DNA of 64,000 nt from Octopus vulgaris (Eukaryota), in the NCBI GenBank assembly GCA_951406725.2, contig OX597824.1, forward strand, positions 45,260,001 through 45,324,000, written 5' to 3'. The notes below the pieces were generated by a model, which saw only the letters and a list, made by a program, of their open reading frames with translations, searched no databases and was not told the origin of the DNA. Shown piece by piece: positions 39,617-52,225 of the stretch. Positions within the stretch are counted from its first letter, which is position 1; each line of letters starts with the position of its first letter. Position numbers and translations under genes: made by a program.

Positions 39617-40332
39617 GATGGATGGATCGATCCAAAGCCAGCCATAGGGTTGCTGAACTTCAGCATGTACAAACTGATGGTCGTAGAAAATTTCTTGCCT
39701 TCGTCATGCCCTACTTGGCGCCCCCTGACACATGGTACCCCAGGTGAATGCCCAAGTTGCCTGTGCCTTGAGCTGGCTCTGTATGTAGTATGACGATGCA
39801 GCAAATGTTGAAGATTTTGCCTTACTTGAAAACAAGTGAGGATTGGCAACAGGAAGAGCATCTATCTGTCTAACCCAAGCAAGTATCTGATACTGGATCA
39901 CCTCCTCCAATGCCGCTTCTGTTTTCGCAAGACACCTGTTTCTGCCTCTCTGTCTCTCAGTTTTCATCCTCTGACACAATTTCCTTCCGGCAAATGTCCC
40001 TGCCCTTTCATAATTTCTTGCTTTGTGAGTTATTTGGTGACCCTACAAGTGCTGGTGCCATGAAAAGCATCCAGTTCACACTGTAAAGTGGTTGGCATTT
40101 GGAACAACGTCCAGCTGTAAAAATCACGCCAAAACTAAACTCACTTGTGCTCATGCCATGTAAAAAGCATACAGTCCACTCTGCTGAGTGGTTGGTGTTA
40201 GAAAGGGTATTCAGCCGTAAAAACCCTGCCAAAACAGTCACTGTAGCCTACAGTAGTTTTCTACCTGGCCAGCTCCTGTCAACTGCCCCTACCCATGCGT
40301 GCATGGAAGAGGGATGTTAAACGATGATGAGG
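39615..40332 (+). mobile_element. Non-autonomous composite element ending in the RTE 3' tail
   Basis: Ends gagtggttggtgttagaaagggtattcagccgtaaaa...acccatgc...gttaaacgatgatga like RTE copies at 49860-50030; no coding potential. Confidence 0.6.
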
Positions 40333-40454
40333 ATATATATACTTTTTTTTACTTTTTATTTTTTATTTTTTACTTTTTTTACTTTTTATTAAAATTTTAT
40401 GTATTGATTAAGTCTTTCCTTGTTTGTTTTGCAAAATAGTGGTTTTGTCTCTAA

Positions 40455-40507
<53 letters not shown>

Positions 40508-40929
40508 TAATAAGGTTTGCATTAACGAAGGCCGTAGATTCGTGGATTACTCATCAGACTCTAGTCCGAAGACAAATTTAACTCTTCGCCTCTTGAAGAT
40601 GGAAAGTTGGTACGGTCATTGGTCAAATGATCATCAGAGAATAAAATGTCCGACATTAGTGAGGACGAGTTATCTCCCCTAGACCAGCTATTTGGAAAAG
40701 AGAATAAGGGATCTTCAAAACTTCCATGCTTCCTGAAATTAGCCAACACTACACCTGATTTTCTCCCCTCCATACACATGCAAGCATTATCTGACTCATA
40801 CACTGTTCGCTTTCCAGACATTTGTACATTGCTGCATATACTTTATACGCACACTTGACAAGTTGTGGTGCACCTGAGCATTGTATACAATAATTTCGTT
40901 ATTATTATTATACTGTATTCACCAAGGTA

Positions 40930-41640
40930 GGAAAGGTCAAGTGGACAGGAGAACAGGTGGACATGTATGCAGCCAGCACGGTTAGCTTTTGTAAATGGTT
41001 CCCCTGACGGCATATCAGTGTGGCTGCAACAACTGCCAAGCAGTGAGATGTTGATGAGTGAACTTGTTGCACAAACCTGTGTGTCAATGCAAAACATCGG
41101 GCAGAATGCAGTGGTAATGGCAGCTACAGAAGCCCATGGTGTCATATGACAACTGACGAAAAATGAGGAGAGAAAAGCCGCCTTGGAGTGTCCACAACCA
41201 TTTATGGGCCAGTGTTTCAAGTGCCAGAGACCACACATGGCAAGGGACTGCAAGGAGATGAAGTCCGAACCTATTTGCTACCAGTGCAAGTGGACAGAGC
41301 ATGTAGCTTGAAACTGCAACCAGGGAAAAGGCCACAAAGAAGTTGCTACCTCTCAAACTTCCCTTGTGAGCAAGTAGAGTCTCTCATATGGTTGCTGCCT
41401 TTAGTTGAAATACTGTTTGGAGGAAAGGCATTCAAAACACTTGTGAATATAGGTTGTTCAACGTCTCTCATGTCCCTAAGGGTAACTAAAAAGTGGAAGG
41501 GATTAGTAGTATTAGCGTGGTTGACAGCAGTGAAACTAGATGTAAAGGTAGCAGCAAGTGGAGGACACAACACTAAGGCTGTGAGTAACCTGCTAAGGTT
41601 GACTTTGCTTTCATCCCTTTCAGGGTTGATAAGTACCAGT
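40930..41640 (+). mobile_element. Decayed Gypsy-type gag/protease fragment
   Basis: Two zinc knuckles CFKCQRPHMARDC and CYQCKWTEHVA*NC (41213-41320), then protease-like AFKTLVNIGCSTSLMS (from LVDTG). Confidence 0.8.
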
Positions 41641-41984
41641 TGAACATTCTGGCTGATGTAAATGACTTACTCCTCCCCCGAACTTGCTCAAATTTGAAAC
41701 CAATTTTTACAGAGTAGGATCTAGTGGAGCCAATTCACATTTGTACTGAGTCAAGGAGCTGTTTGGAAAAATTGGTAAATAGGAGAAACAAGTTGTGCTA
41801 GGAGAGGTAAAATATGAAAAAAGGGGAAACATTTAACTGCACCAAAATTATTTTCATAATTAAATCCCTTTCTTTTGTGACCCTTTCATTCCCATATTTC
41901 TGCTGAAATACACTCCTTTTACTTCAATTAATTTTGAAATTAATAAAGAATTTAGTAAAATAACTGTCATTAATAAGCTGGTGT

Positions 41985-42203
41985 AGGTGGCGAGCTGGCA
42001 GAATCGTCAGCACACTGGGCAAAATGCTTAGCAGCATTTCGTCCATTTTTATATTCTGAGTTCAAATTCCACTGAGGTTGATTTTGCTTTTCATCCTTTC
42101 AGGGTCAATAAATTAAGTACCTGTTGATTACTGGGGTCGATGTTATCGACTAGTCCCCTCCCCACAAAATTTCAGGCCTTGTGCCTATAGTAGAAAGGAT
42201 TAT
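41985..42203 (+). mobile_element. Full-length SINE family B with 11-bp TSD, nested in an older MITE-like repeat
   Basis: TAAGCTGGTGT at 41974-41984 and 42204-42214; head ggcgagctggcagaatcgtcagcac, B-box-like gagttcaaattcc; host repeat also seen near 13120 and 33010. Confidence 0.9.
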
Positions 42204-43001
42204 TAAGCTGGTGTTTAGAACACAGGAAGTTTGCATCATAGAACCAGGGTCGTTCTTGGGCAGGTTGATATCAAAAGGTTTAACAGACATGTTCAAATCA
42301 GTGGCAATATGAAGAAATCACCCTCACCAAATTTGTATAAAAGAATGAAAAGATTAAAAGAAATAAGTGTGCATTTGTGGCCACCCACAAATGTAGAAGT
42401 TTTTAGTATTTATTCTAGTGGTTCAGCCCCGATCAAGCAGACCTGTACTTGAAGATGTTCAAGTCTTGTTGCACCACCATCTTTTGTGTATCTAGAACTA
42501 CATTGTTCAATGTATCCTTCCTTTTTCCTGATACTAAGGTGTGGCTTGAGTGAAATTTGGCTGCTGTTTCTTTCAGATAAAGTGACTACATAGGGACCTC
42601 TCAAGCAGAACCCACAAGTCCCAGTTAATACCCAAATACAACGACTTTACTGTATTAGAAGAGGATTCATATCCACTATGATACATGATTACAGGGAACA
42701 AAGATATAGACTTAGGTTTACAAGTTACTGTTGTATACCTTTAGGTTACTCAATTCTGCCTCTATACAGTAGGTCATCCTGCTACAAAAGCAGTCAAATC
42801 CCCATTAAATTTCACCCCGCCATCTTAAAAATTGCTTCAAATTAATAATATGCTATAGTATTTAGACTAAATTGAAATGACTTCTGATTAGACTTGCATA
42901 CACTTATGTTTAAAATTGACATTAGAAATTGGAGATAGCTTGTAATATCACTGCATTTTATATTTATTTATAAATGTATGTGTGCCTATCTGATTGTATT
43001 T

Positions 43002-43075
<74 letters not shown>

Positions 43076-43319
43076 GTATTTGTTTATTTTAGATAAAATG
43101 CTTGATACACACTTGTAATGAAAGAATGTTGTGTCTAATCTATGGATAAGTGTAGTACATAGGATTACAAATACACCCCATAAATGTTTCATAAAGTCAT
43201 CTTCATGTAAGATAATTTAATGAATGCTTAAATTCCATGCAAACTTGTGACCATAAAAACCATACGACACCAACTCTGGATCATGCCAGCTGTCAGTCAC
43301 TGCATCTACCACATAAGAA

Positions 43320-43670
43320 AGGCTTCTTTTAAAATGCGAACCACTCCAAGAGAGTAGTAAGTGCTTTTTACATGCCACCGGCATAGGTGCCAGTTATGAA
43401 ACACCAGCATGAGCCATGACTACAATCTCACGTAGCTAGACAGGTCTTCTCAAGCATGTTATATTGCCAAAGGTCTCGATCACTTGTCACTGCCTCAAAG
43501 TTGGAAGTGTGCTTTTTATATGCCACTGGCATGGGTGCCAGATATGTGACACTGGCATCGGCTATGACTACAATTTCACTTGGCTTGTCTGGTCTTCTCA
43601 AGCATATTGCCCAACGTTCAAAGGCTGCTTTTTACATGTCACTGACACAAGTGCCAGTTACATGACACAA
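43320..43670 (-). repeat. RTE 3' UTR-derived repeat with three longer units
   Basis: ttttacatgccac.ggcat.ggtgccag...gactacaat.tcac...ggtcttctcaagcat repeated. Confidence 0.65.
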
Positions 43671-43861
43671 GTATACACATATGTGTATATATGTATATGT
43701 ATATATATTTATGTGTGCATGAGAGAGAGAGAGATAGAGGGAGAGAGAGATGCAGGCATGGTTGTGTAGTAAGAAATTTGCTTTCCCACTACATGGTCTT
43801 GAGTTCAGTCCCACTGCATGGCACCTCATGCAAGTGTCTTCTCTTATAGCCCTGCAAGAGG

Positions 43862-44700
43862 AAACCAAATTAGGAGGTCAGAAATTGGAGCTGGTGAAGT
43901 TGTGGAAATTCTCTGACAACCACTTCTGACACTTTCTGAAGGTATTGCAAGGAACCTATTCCTGCTGCCATACATATGTCCTTCCAGCAGCAACCCTCTC
44001 CAGCTAGGGATTGACCACAATTTCCTGCAGCTTCAAATAGCTATCTGAATTGAGCTTAAGGCACTGTGGTCAATCCCTAGATGGAAGGCCATATGTATGG
44101 CAGCAGAAATCAGTTCCTTGCAATACCTTCAGAAAAGTGCTGTTCAAAGCTGTGGGATTGCAGAATGTCCCTCTCACTGGAGACATCCAAAGATGATCAT
44201 AATTTTGGAAAACTTGGTTTTCATGATACATAGAACACCACCTGGGTGTTGTACGACTGGTTTGGCAGAAGTTCTTTTTATCTGAGAAGAACCAGATCAT
44301 CCCAGGTTCTATGGGATGCCTCAGTTTAATTGAGAGTTTCTTTACTTTTGTCAAGCATTTCCCCTTGGCCTTGGCTGGCACAATTTGTCCCTTGTGCCTC
44401 TTGTATGAATGGTAGTGAAGGCCCTCATTCAAGGTCATTTCCAATACCTATCTCTCTTCTCAAAGCCTGGATTCCCTTGCTTGGATCTTCCATCACTTTG
44501 TCCTGCAGTTATTGGATAAATTCCAGCATGTGGTGACACAAACAGAGTGCTTTTTGCTGGCCACAGCTTCATAGACTCTGTTGCAGCTATCCATGTTACA
44601 TCTCACAGCCTTTATAGTGGTCACAGAGCATTGAGCAGCAGTCATGATGTTGGCCTTTTGATACCTGTTGTGAATCATCAAGATACAGGTAATTCTTTTC
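43862..44700 (-). mobile_element. Decayed Tc1/mariner-superfamily transposase
   Basis: KLRHPIEPGMIWFFSDKKNFCQ (first Asp), GRTYVWQQE*VPC (QQDSAP), QKWLSENFHNFTSSNF*PPN. Confidence 0.85.
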
Positions 44701-45629
44701 TAATATTCAGATGGTTTTCAGTCTTCCATGTCAGTTTACCTTTTCTCAACTACAACTTTAATCTTTATGAACTTTTTAAGAAGAAAAATTTTTGAAAATT
44801 TACGAATGCCATCTCCTACCCCTCTGGACTGATTTTGTCCAATTTTCTTTTTGCACTATGTACTTAAAAACAATGGGAGATGCTTTTTCAGTAAAAAAGT
44901 TTTGAAAATTTACAAATTCCCCCCCCCCCACTCCCCCACTCCCCCACTTTTAGCCAATGTTTTTTTGCATTATGCTCTTAAAAACAATAAGAGAAGCCTT
45001 GAAGTTTAAAAAAAAGATTTGGGGAAATTGGCAATCACCATTACAATCCCCACTTCTTTTATTTTCAAACAGAAAATGAAACATAATCTAAAAACAATTG
45101 TGAAGTTTTTTTAAATACTTTCACTAAAAGTTCTAAAATTTTGTCAGTCTTCAAATATGGATAGTCTAAATGAACAATTTGTTTCTGTTTATAATTTTAA
45201 AATAATTTTCAGATGAAAAGGTGTGTGATTTGGGGGAGATTTAGTTGTTGCTTCTAGCACATTCCACGACCACCTGGTACCTTCTTTGTTACTTTGTCAC
45301 TCTAACATGTATTGATGATGCAGTGGTCCATTGCTGGGATTTAAGCAGCAATAATTAAAAAAAATTTCTAATTAAAATTTTTACCCCCTTCCCACTGTGT
45401 GAGTCCATGTGTGTGTAAGAAAAAGGATATTTACTAAGAGAAAAGTATGCTATTAAAATAAATTATGTTTTACATACCTTTTTAAAATTATTGTGTGATG
45501 CTAATGAAATTCCTTACACACATGCATACACACACACTGACCACACTGACAAACACCACACACTCAGCTTGAGCAATATACTTTTATAGAGAATGAGAAA
45601 ATTTACCATGAGAAAATGAAAGAGATAGA

Positions 45630-45772
<143 letters not shown>

Positions 45773-45789
45773 TTTCTGTTGCTGTCACA

Positions 45790-46450
45790 AATTTTGATAT
45801 TTTAAAATTAACTGAAAATTTTCAAATTTGGTACATTGATGTACTTTTTCATGATGAATTCAAATTTGTGATTCATTTATTCTAGAAAGTTTTAGGAAAA
45901 TGTTACAGAGATTTGAAGTTTGATTATTTTTATTCAATCAGAAAACAGGATTTGCATGTGATAGCTGTCATAAAATGGAAGTAAACATTAGAAGACAAAG
46001 TTTTAAACAAAATAAAAGTAGTGTGTGAGTTAATACATTATACAGACAGTGGCCTGGGAACAAAATTTGCTTAGGGGCTGCAAACTCAGGTCCAAACTTT
46101 TTTATGAACAAGGTGGATTTTGAAAATCTTAATATCAAAGCAAACATAGGTATAATAATAATAGTTTTTATTTTATGAGGGTCAGCTGAAAAGTTCGTAG
46201 GCTGGCCAAGATATTAACATGGTATGTGACCAAATGAAGTTCATTTACAATCCAGACAGGAATTCTTTGTGTTTGGCTTCATTTTTTGAAATTTTAAAAT
46301 CAAATGAAAATTTTTGAATTTGATATATTGATGTAATTTTTCACACTGAATCTGATGTTGTTATTCAATTGTTCTAGGAAAATTTTAGAAAAATGTTGCA
46401 GAGGTTTAAAGTTTGATAGTTTTTACCTAATCAGGAAACAGGATTTGGAA
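45790..46450. repeat. Diverged ~165-bp direct repeat pair (45790-45955 and 46285-46447) around a mariner-like TIR fragment
   Basis: ttttaaaat.aa.tgaaaatttt...attgatgta.tttttca...ttctag.aa..tttag.aaaatgtt.cagag.ttt.aagtttgat...aatcag.aaacaggatttg twice; tatgagggtcagctgaaaagttc at about 46174. Confidence 0.65.
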
Positions 46451-47556
46451 CTTGGCATTTTGTGATTGATGACATTACAATGACTGAGGTCAACATTGCA
46501 ACAACAATACATTCAACAATGGAAGTTTTAATAAGTTTTAATGAATAAAGCCATGTGAAATGTTTGAACAGGCATGTAATGTGAAAAATACCAGAATGTT
46601 AAATTACAATAAAACATACTGTAGTTCAGTTCATGTAAAGATTGAACTACTGGAAAAGGCAGCCAAATTTCATCCCAAAGAACACCTTAACATTATAAAA
46701 TGAGGAAGGACTAGATTATGGCAATCTGAGATAACTCCCAAACTGGGGGATGTTCAGCATTAGAATGCTTCTTTTGCTCATAGGTCTGCTCAATCAACCA
46801 CATCTTCCTAGGTTTTCAATACCTCATCATATACGAAAGGGTAAGAAGACTACGCAATACCTTAGCTTGTTACTACAGAAACAGGCACCAATATATCTGT
46901 GACTTTCGATTGGCCAGACTTTGTAAACTTTAAAAACTATTAACTTTTTATTTATTAGGTTATGGCAAAAATGCTACTCATTTCAATAATTAGCATGTAA
47001 AGCTACATCAATACACCAAACTTGAAACGGAATGGAATTGAAGGAACAGAAAAGTAAAAACCAAACACAAAAGATCCTCTACACCTTCTTTTATCGGTAT
47101 TGCAGTGCTTGGATCGCATTGGTGAAGAAACTATCTTAATCAAAAACATCTTCAACAGCAGATAAGACATCATCATCACTACAATGGGTTCCTTTTCATG
47201 AGATAGTTTAGGTCTAGTTTGATGTTCTTTATTTTCTTTTTTTAAAATCTCAATTTCATCTGTTGAGTTTGCTTGTTTCTGTTACTCATTAGTTTCCATC
47301 TATCTTGTGGAATCAAAGTCTTGCAGGGTTAGGTGGGCATACTTTTGACAGATCCTGATTAGCTCATCATATAGAAACTTCATTCCCTTGTTAATATTGG
47401 GGTTGCTAATATGTTGGGATCAGTTTGCTTCGAAGATTTCGGTTTCAATTTCTTTCTACTTGGCCTTCCTGAAATTCAAATTCATGAGGGGTGAGTCATG
47501 TTTGATGTTATTTGTGTGGGTTGCCCTCTTTGTACCACATACAGATAATTGTATAA

Positions 47557-48480
47557 TGTTGTGGTCAGAAATAGCTGTGGGAATGACCTGAACATTGTGA
47601 ATGTTGTGATAAGAGTTACGACACCATTTTGTGAGAGATAGACTGGTCTGAGTAAAGTATAAATAGTGACAATCCAAGTAGGTTCAAAGTCCGGAGTCTA
47701 GTGTTAGTTTGTAGGGAAGTCGGAAGGTGTCAGTTGGTAGTTCACAAGGAATATTGATTGTTGGTTTGTAAAAAGATTTGTTAGTTCATTACATTGTTTT
47801 TACTGTTGTCTAGTTATCTTATTTATTGTATGTAACAAATTATGTTACATCTGGTGATGAGGGTTTCAAAGATCACGTAGGTTATTTAACAATTTGTTCA
47901 TGATACAACTTGTTAAATAATGGAAGACCTATTAACTTCCATAGTACAGTTGCAAAAGCAACAAGAATAGTATGAGGAGATTTTTTTAAGCAAGATTGCA
48001 AATCATGGTTGGATGAACAAAAAGTGAGATTGTTATCGCAAAAATTAGCTCCTTAGAGCATGAACGTTACTGTAATTTCATATTGCCCCAAAAAGCCAAC
48101 AAAATTTGTGTTAAAGAAACAATAGAATTAATGCCTAACATATTCAGTGATAAAACTTCTCTATTTAACACTTGAATGGAGTATTGGAATATAATGATAA
48201 AAGAGAATGATGATTTTATCACATACACAGAAACAGTCAACAGGATATGTGAAAGTTTTAAACTCAAAGAACTTACACCTGAGATGTTCAAGTGTCTTAT
48301 TTTTGTACAGGGCTTTACAGCAAACAAAGATACAAAAATTCGGGCAAGAATTCTTTCTAAATTGGAACAAGTGAACCAAGATCTACCTTACAGTCTATGG
48401 CAGAAGAATGCCAAAGAATAGTAAATGTGAAATATGATGTAGTAAAAATTCAAGAAAAGGATTCCTCAAAAATACAGATA
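47557..48480 (+). mobile_element. 5' LTR, PBS and decayed gag of a Gypsy (Mag/K02A2.6-like) retrotransposon
   Basis: TGTTG (47557)...TTACA (47849), then TGGTGATGAGG; gag motifs EHERYCNFILP, DDFITYTETVNRICESF, MFKCLIFVQG, IRARILSKLEQ. Confidence 0.85.
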
Positions 48481-48899
48481 TACCGACCAGATCAATTTTT
48501 AGATACTATTTTCTAAACCTAGCAAAAGTATGTGCAGATTTTGATTTTGCACCCAACAAAAATTTTAGCAGATGCAATCACGTCACCTGCACCCCCTTGT
48601 TCCTGGGCCCAGAGAGAGATTGACAAAGAATGTGATAAAGATATATAGAGAGATACATTGATGGTAACACATAGATAGTGTGAGATTTGTAGGTCTAAAA
48701 GTTCAGTTATTTCTCATTACAAATTATATATTTTTATCATTATTTATGGACAACATTCTCATCAGGATGCAGATTTCTAAAATCAAATTCATTTTTCTTG
48801 TGGATGTACCATTTCAAAGCCTTTGGGAGTTAAGCACACATACATAAGCATGGAAGATGCACAGGGGTAATAAACACTGAAGATGTTCAGAAAACAGAT

Positions 48900-50026
48900 T
48901 CCATCACATGCCAGTGGGAGAAACTAGAAGTAGTTGATAGTTTCCACTACCTAGGTGACAAAGTCTAGTGGGGGTGGATGCTCTGAGAGCATTGCCACTA
49001 GAATAAGAATAGCCTGGGCAAAGTTCAGAAAGCTCCTACCTCTGCTGGTAGTAAAGGGCCTCTCACTCAAAGTGAAAGGTAGACTCTATGATGCATGTGT
49101 GTGAACTGCCATGCTACATGGCAGTGAAACATGGACCATGACTGTTGAGGACATATGTAAGTTTGTAAAAAATGAAGCTAGTATGATCTGCTGGATGTGT
49201 AATATCAGTGTGCACACACGCCAGAGTGTAAGTGCCCTGAGAAAAATGTTGGACATAAGAAGCATCAGATGCAGTGTACAAGAGAGACGACTGCACTGGT
49301 ATGGTCATGTGCTGCATATGGATGAGGAGAGCTGTGTAAAGATGTGTTGCACCCTAACAGTGGAAGGAACCTGTGGAAGAGGGAGACCCAGGAAGACATG
49401 GGATGAGGTGGTGAAGCACAACCTTCGAATGTTGGGTCTCATAGAGACAATGACAAGAGACCGAGACTTTTGGAGATATACTGTGATTGAGAAGACCCAG
49501 CAAATAAAGTGAGATCACAGCCGTAGCCTATACCAGTGTCACATAACCAGCCCATTTAAAAGTACCTTGAATCATCGGGTGATATGCTGCGTTTGAGAAG
49601 ACCTATTGAGTCAAGTAGAATCAAAAATTAAAAGCAAATCAAGATCGAAATCAAAATGGAAATTGTAGTTGTGGCCAATGCCAGTGCTGCCTGACTAACA
49701 CCCCATCCCAGTGGCACGTAAAAAGCATAATCCGAACGTTGTTGATACCCCCCCCCCGGCTGACTGGGTCCTGTGCCAGTGGCATGTAAAAAGCACCATC
49801 CGAATTTGATCAATGCCAGAGCTGCCTGACTGGCTCCCATGCTGGTGGCACATAAAAAGTACCCACTACACTCTTGGAGTGGTTGGTATTAGGAAGGGCA
49901 TCCAGCTCTAGAAATCTTGCCAGATCAGATTGGAGTCTGGCACTGCCTACTGGCTTGCCAGTCCCCAGTCAAACCGTCAAACCCATGCCAGCATGGAAAA
50001 TGGACGTTAAACGATGATGATGATGA

Positions 50027-50030
<4 letters not shown>
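48900..50030 (+). mobile_element. 5'-truncated RTE LINE with 3' UTR
   Basis: EKLEVVDSFHYLGD, MLHGSETW, RRLHWYGHVLHM, GRGRPRKTW; tail ggacgttaaacgatgatgat joined to (TA)n. Confidence 0.93.
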
Positions 50031-50060
<30 letters not shown>

Positions 50061-51129
50061 TTGCAAAATTTAAGGGTACCTGTATGCATTTCTTTTTCTT
50101 TCCCAATATTGTTTAAAAAAATCTGTTAAATTTATAACCGATGTTAAAATGAGATTACAACTATGTCATGCCATAAAACATAAATGATAATTAAACAAAA
50201 GAATATTGTTTATTTTACTAGTTATACATTATGCATTGTAGGCTATTTCCATTTTGGTCATATGCTGCAGCATGTTATCTATGCAATCTACTGTCTCTCA
50301 GAAACTACCACTAAGTTTAATTTTTTTTTCAGATTTTTTGTTTATCTTCCTTCTCTGTCTGTCTGTTTATGTGTACGTATGTATATATATGTGTGTATGT
50401 GTGTGAATGTATGTGTATGTTTGTATGTAATGAGGTCGTTCAGTTGAAGATAAACTAATTGAAAAAAAAAAGTCAAGATAAATACTGGAAGAAGAATATG
50501 CTGATGATATATTGCAAGATCTTATTATGAAGCAACACTGACAGGTTTAGGCCTCTCAGTCATAAATTAAAATAAATTCTGAAGTGAGAAGGAGACCCTT
50601 TGGTGTGAAATGTAATTACCCATTATATTATATAGAAGGGTTTCCCTTCTTGTATCTCTTTTACTTCTTCATGATTTACCATAATATATTTGATCATAAG
50701 AAATCTAACCTCCAGAAAAAGAAAAAAAAATCTAACCAAGTTTAATCTTAATTCAATGTATGTGTAGCTTTTATGATATTTTTTTATCACCTTAAAATGC
50801 TCAAATTTGTTATTTCAGCCAATGAAATAAACAGCTTTTATCAGTCACAATTCTTATCAAGACTTTGTTTATTTGACCTAAGTTCATACAGTATTTCTAT
50901 TACACCAAGTGTTTGCATTAATATGCACTATGAGATTATAAAAAATTGAGAGTTATTTTTTTTAAGAATATACATTTTTATAGCTTTTTCTTGTCTTTTT
51001 GATATTTTATTTATTTAAAACAAAATCTTACCAGATTGTTTTCACATAATTTGGCATCTATTTTAAAGTCAACTCTCTTTCTGAAAGTTTTAAGTCATTT
51101 ATCTGTCACTGTACTATATCTTCTCTATT

Positions 51130-51350
51130 TACTTCTTTCTATTATAATGATGTATGTTCTTCAGAACTTGTTAGCTGTATTAGAGGTAACTTGACTGGAA
51201 GGGATGCATTGCACCAATCCTGTACTATATCTTTCTTCTTAAACCCTATTCTTAGTAGTTCTACCATATTGAATTTCCTTTTGCAGAAATATGAAACATA
51301 CACAAGTAGCGATGGAACATATGGTGGTAATAGTAAATTTGTTGCCATTA
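51130..51350 (-). mobile_element. Possible Penelope GIY-YIG remnant
   Basis: Frameshifted ...SLLVY.../QYGRTTKNR pattern resembling VVY..C..YIG.T.R. Confidence 0.35.
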
Positions 51351-51759
51351 GTGAATTCTATGATATAGCAATTCAGGTTCAACTCAAAATGACAAGATTA
51401 GTCATCATGAAATTGTTGAAATAGTTGTAAACTAGGCAATAAAAACAATATCACAAAATCAGTCTTTAATTTATAGTGTGCAGATTTTCTTTTTATCTAG
51501 AATAACAGTTTCATAAGGAGAGATGCCTCTTGCAATTTTCAGATACCTGTTATTTGTAGAAGTGCTTCCTAAGGTAAGTGCCTAGAATATCTTATCCCAA
51601 CTGACATACTGATGAGCATAAGTTTATGTAATCAGATTGTTACCTAACACTCCATTGCATCCCTAGCATGAAACCAGTTGGTAAGATGAGCTGTGATAGA
51701 TATATATTACTGTATTTTTTTGATAATATATATATATTATAATCTATCTCTGCCCATCA

Positions 51760-52225
51760 GACCTAAGATGGCTTGTGCTAGGATCTCCATCCCTAACAAT
51801 ACCCACACATCCAAGGATAACATGTACTTTTTGAAACTGCCACATTTTAACAAAAAGGCAATTATTGCCATCAGCTACACAATTTGAGGAGGGTCTTAAC
51901 TAAAACAAACCAGGACAAAACAAGATCTTATGTACGTTGCCCAACTGCAAAAGCAAATATAAAAATATATGTCTGTGGTTCTAGAAGATGTATAACAAAT
52001 GTAGTGAGTTCTATATTAGAAGTACCATCAGACTAGTTGACATATGAATTGAAGAACATCTCTATGTTAATGCATCTTCCATAGAAAAGCACCTACAAAA
52101 ATGCCACATCCAAGACATCCAAGTTTCTATTGAAACTACTGAAAGAAACACTAGGAATTGAGAATAAAAGATGCTATTTCCTTTAACAAGTACACCCTGA
52201 ATATTGATAATAGATCTGAATTACA
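51760..52225 (+). mobile_element. Penelope-like GIY-YIG endonuclease remnant
   Basis: CSEFYIRSTIRLVDI*IEEHL...SSIEKHL...LRIKDAISFNKYTLNIDNRSE fits C..YIG.T.R.L..R..EH...I..H...L.I.EA..I...P.IN. Confidence 0.7.

Noticed and set aside
40525-40575. CTGATGA...GAA on the minus strand as a hammerhead
   Set aside because: Stem II only 2 bp, GAAT instead of GAAA, and no consistent stem I or III.
41985-42075. tRNA gene
   Set aside because: tRNA-like boxes continue into a SINE body with TSDs and many dispersed copies; no complete cloverleaf.
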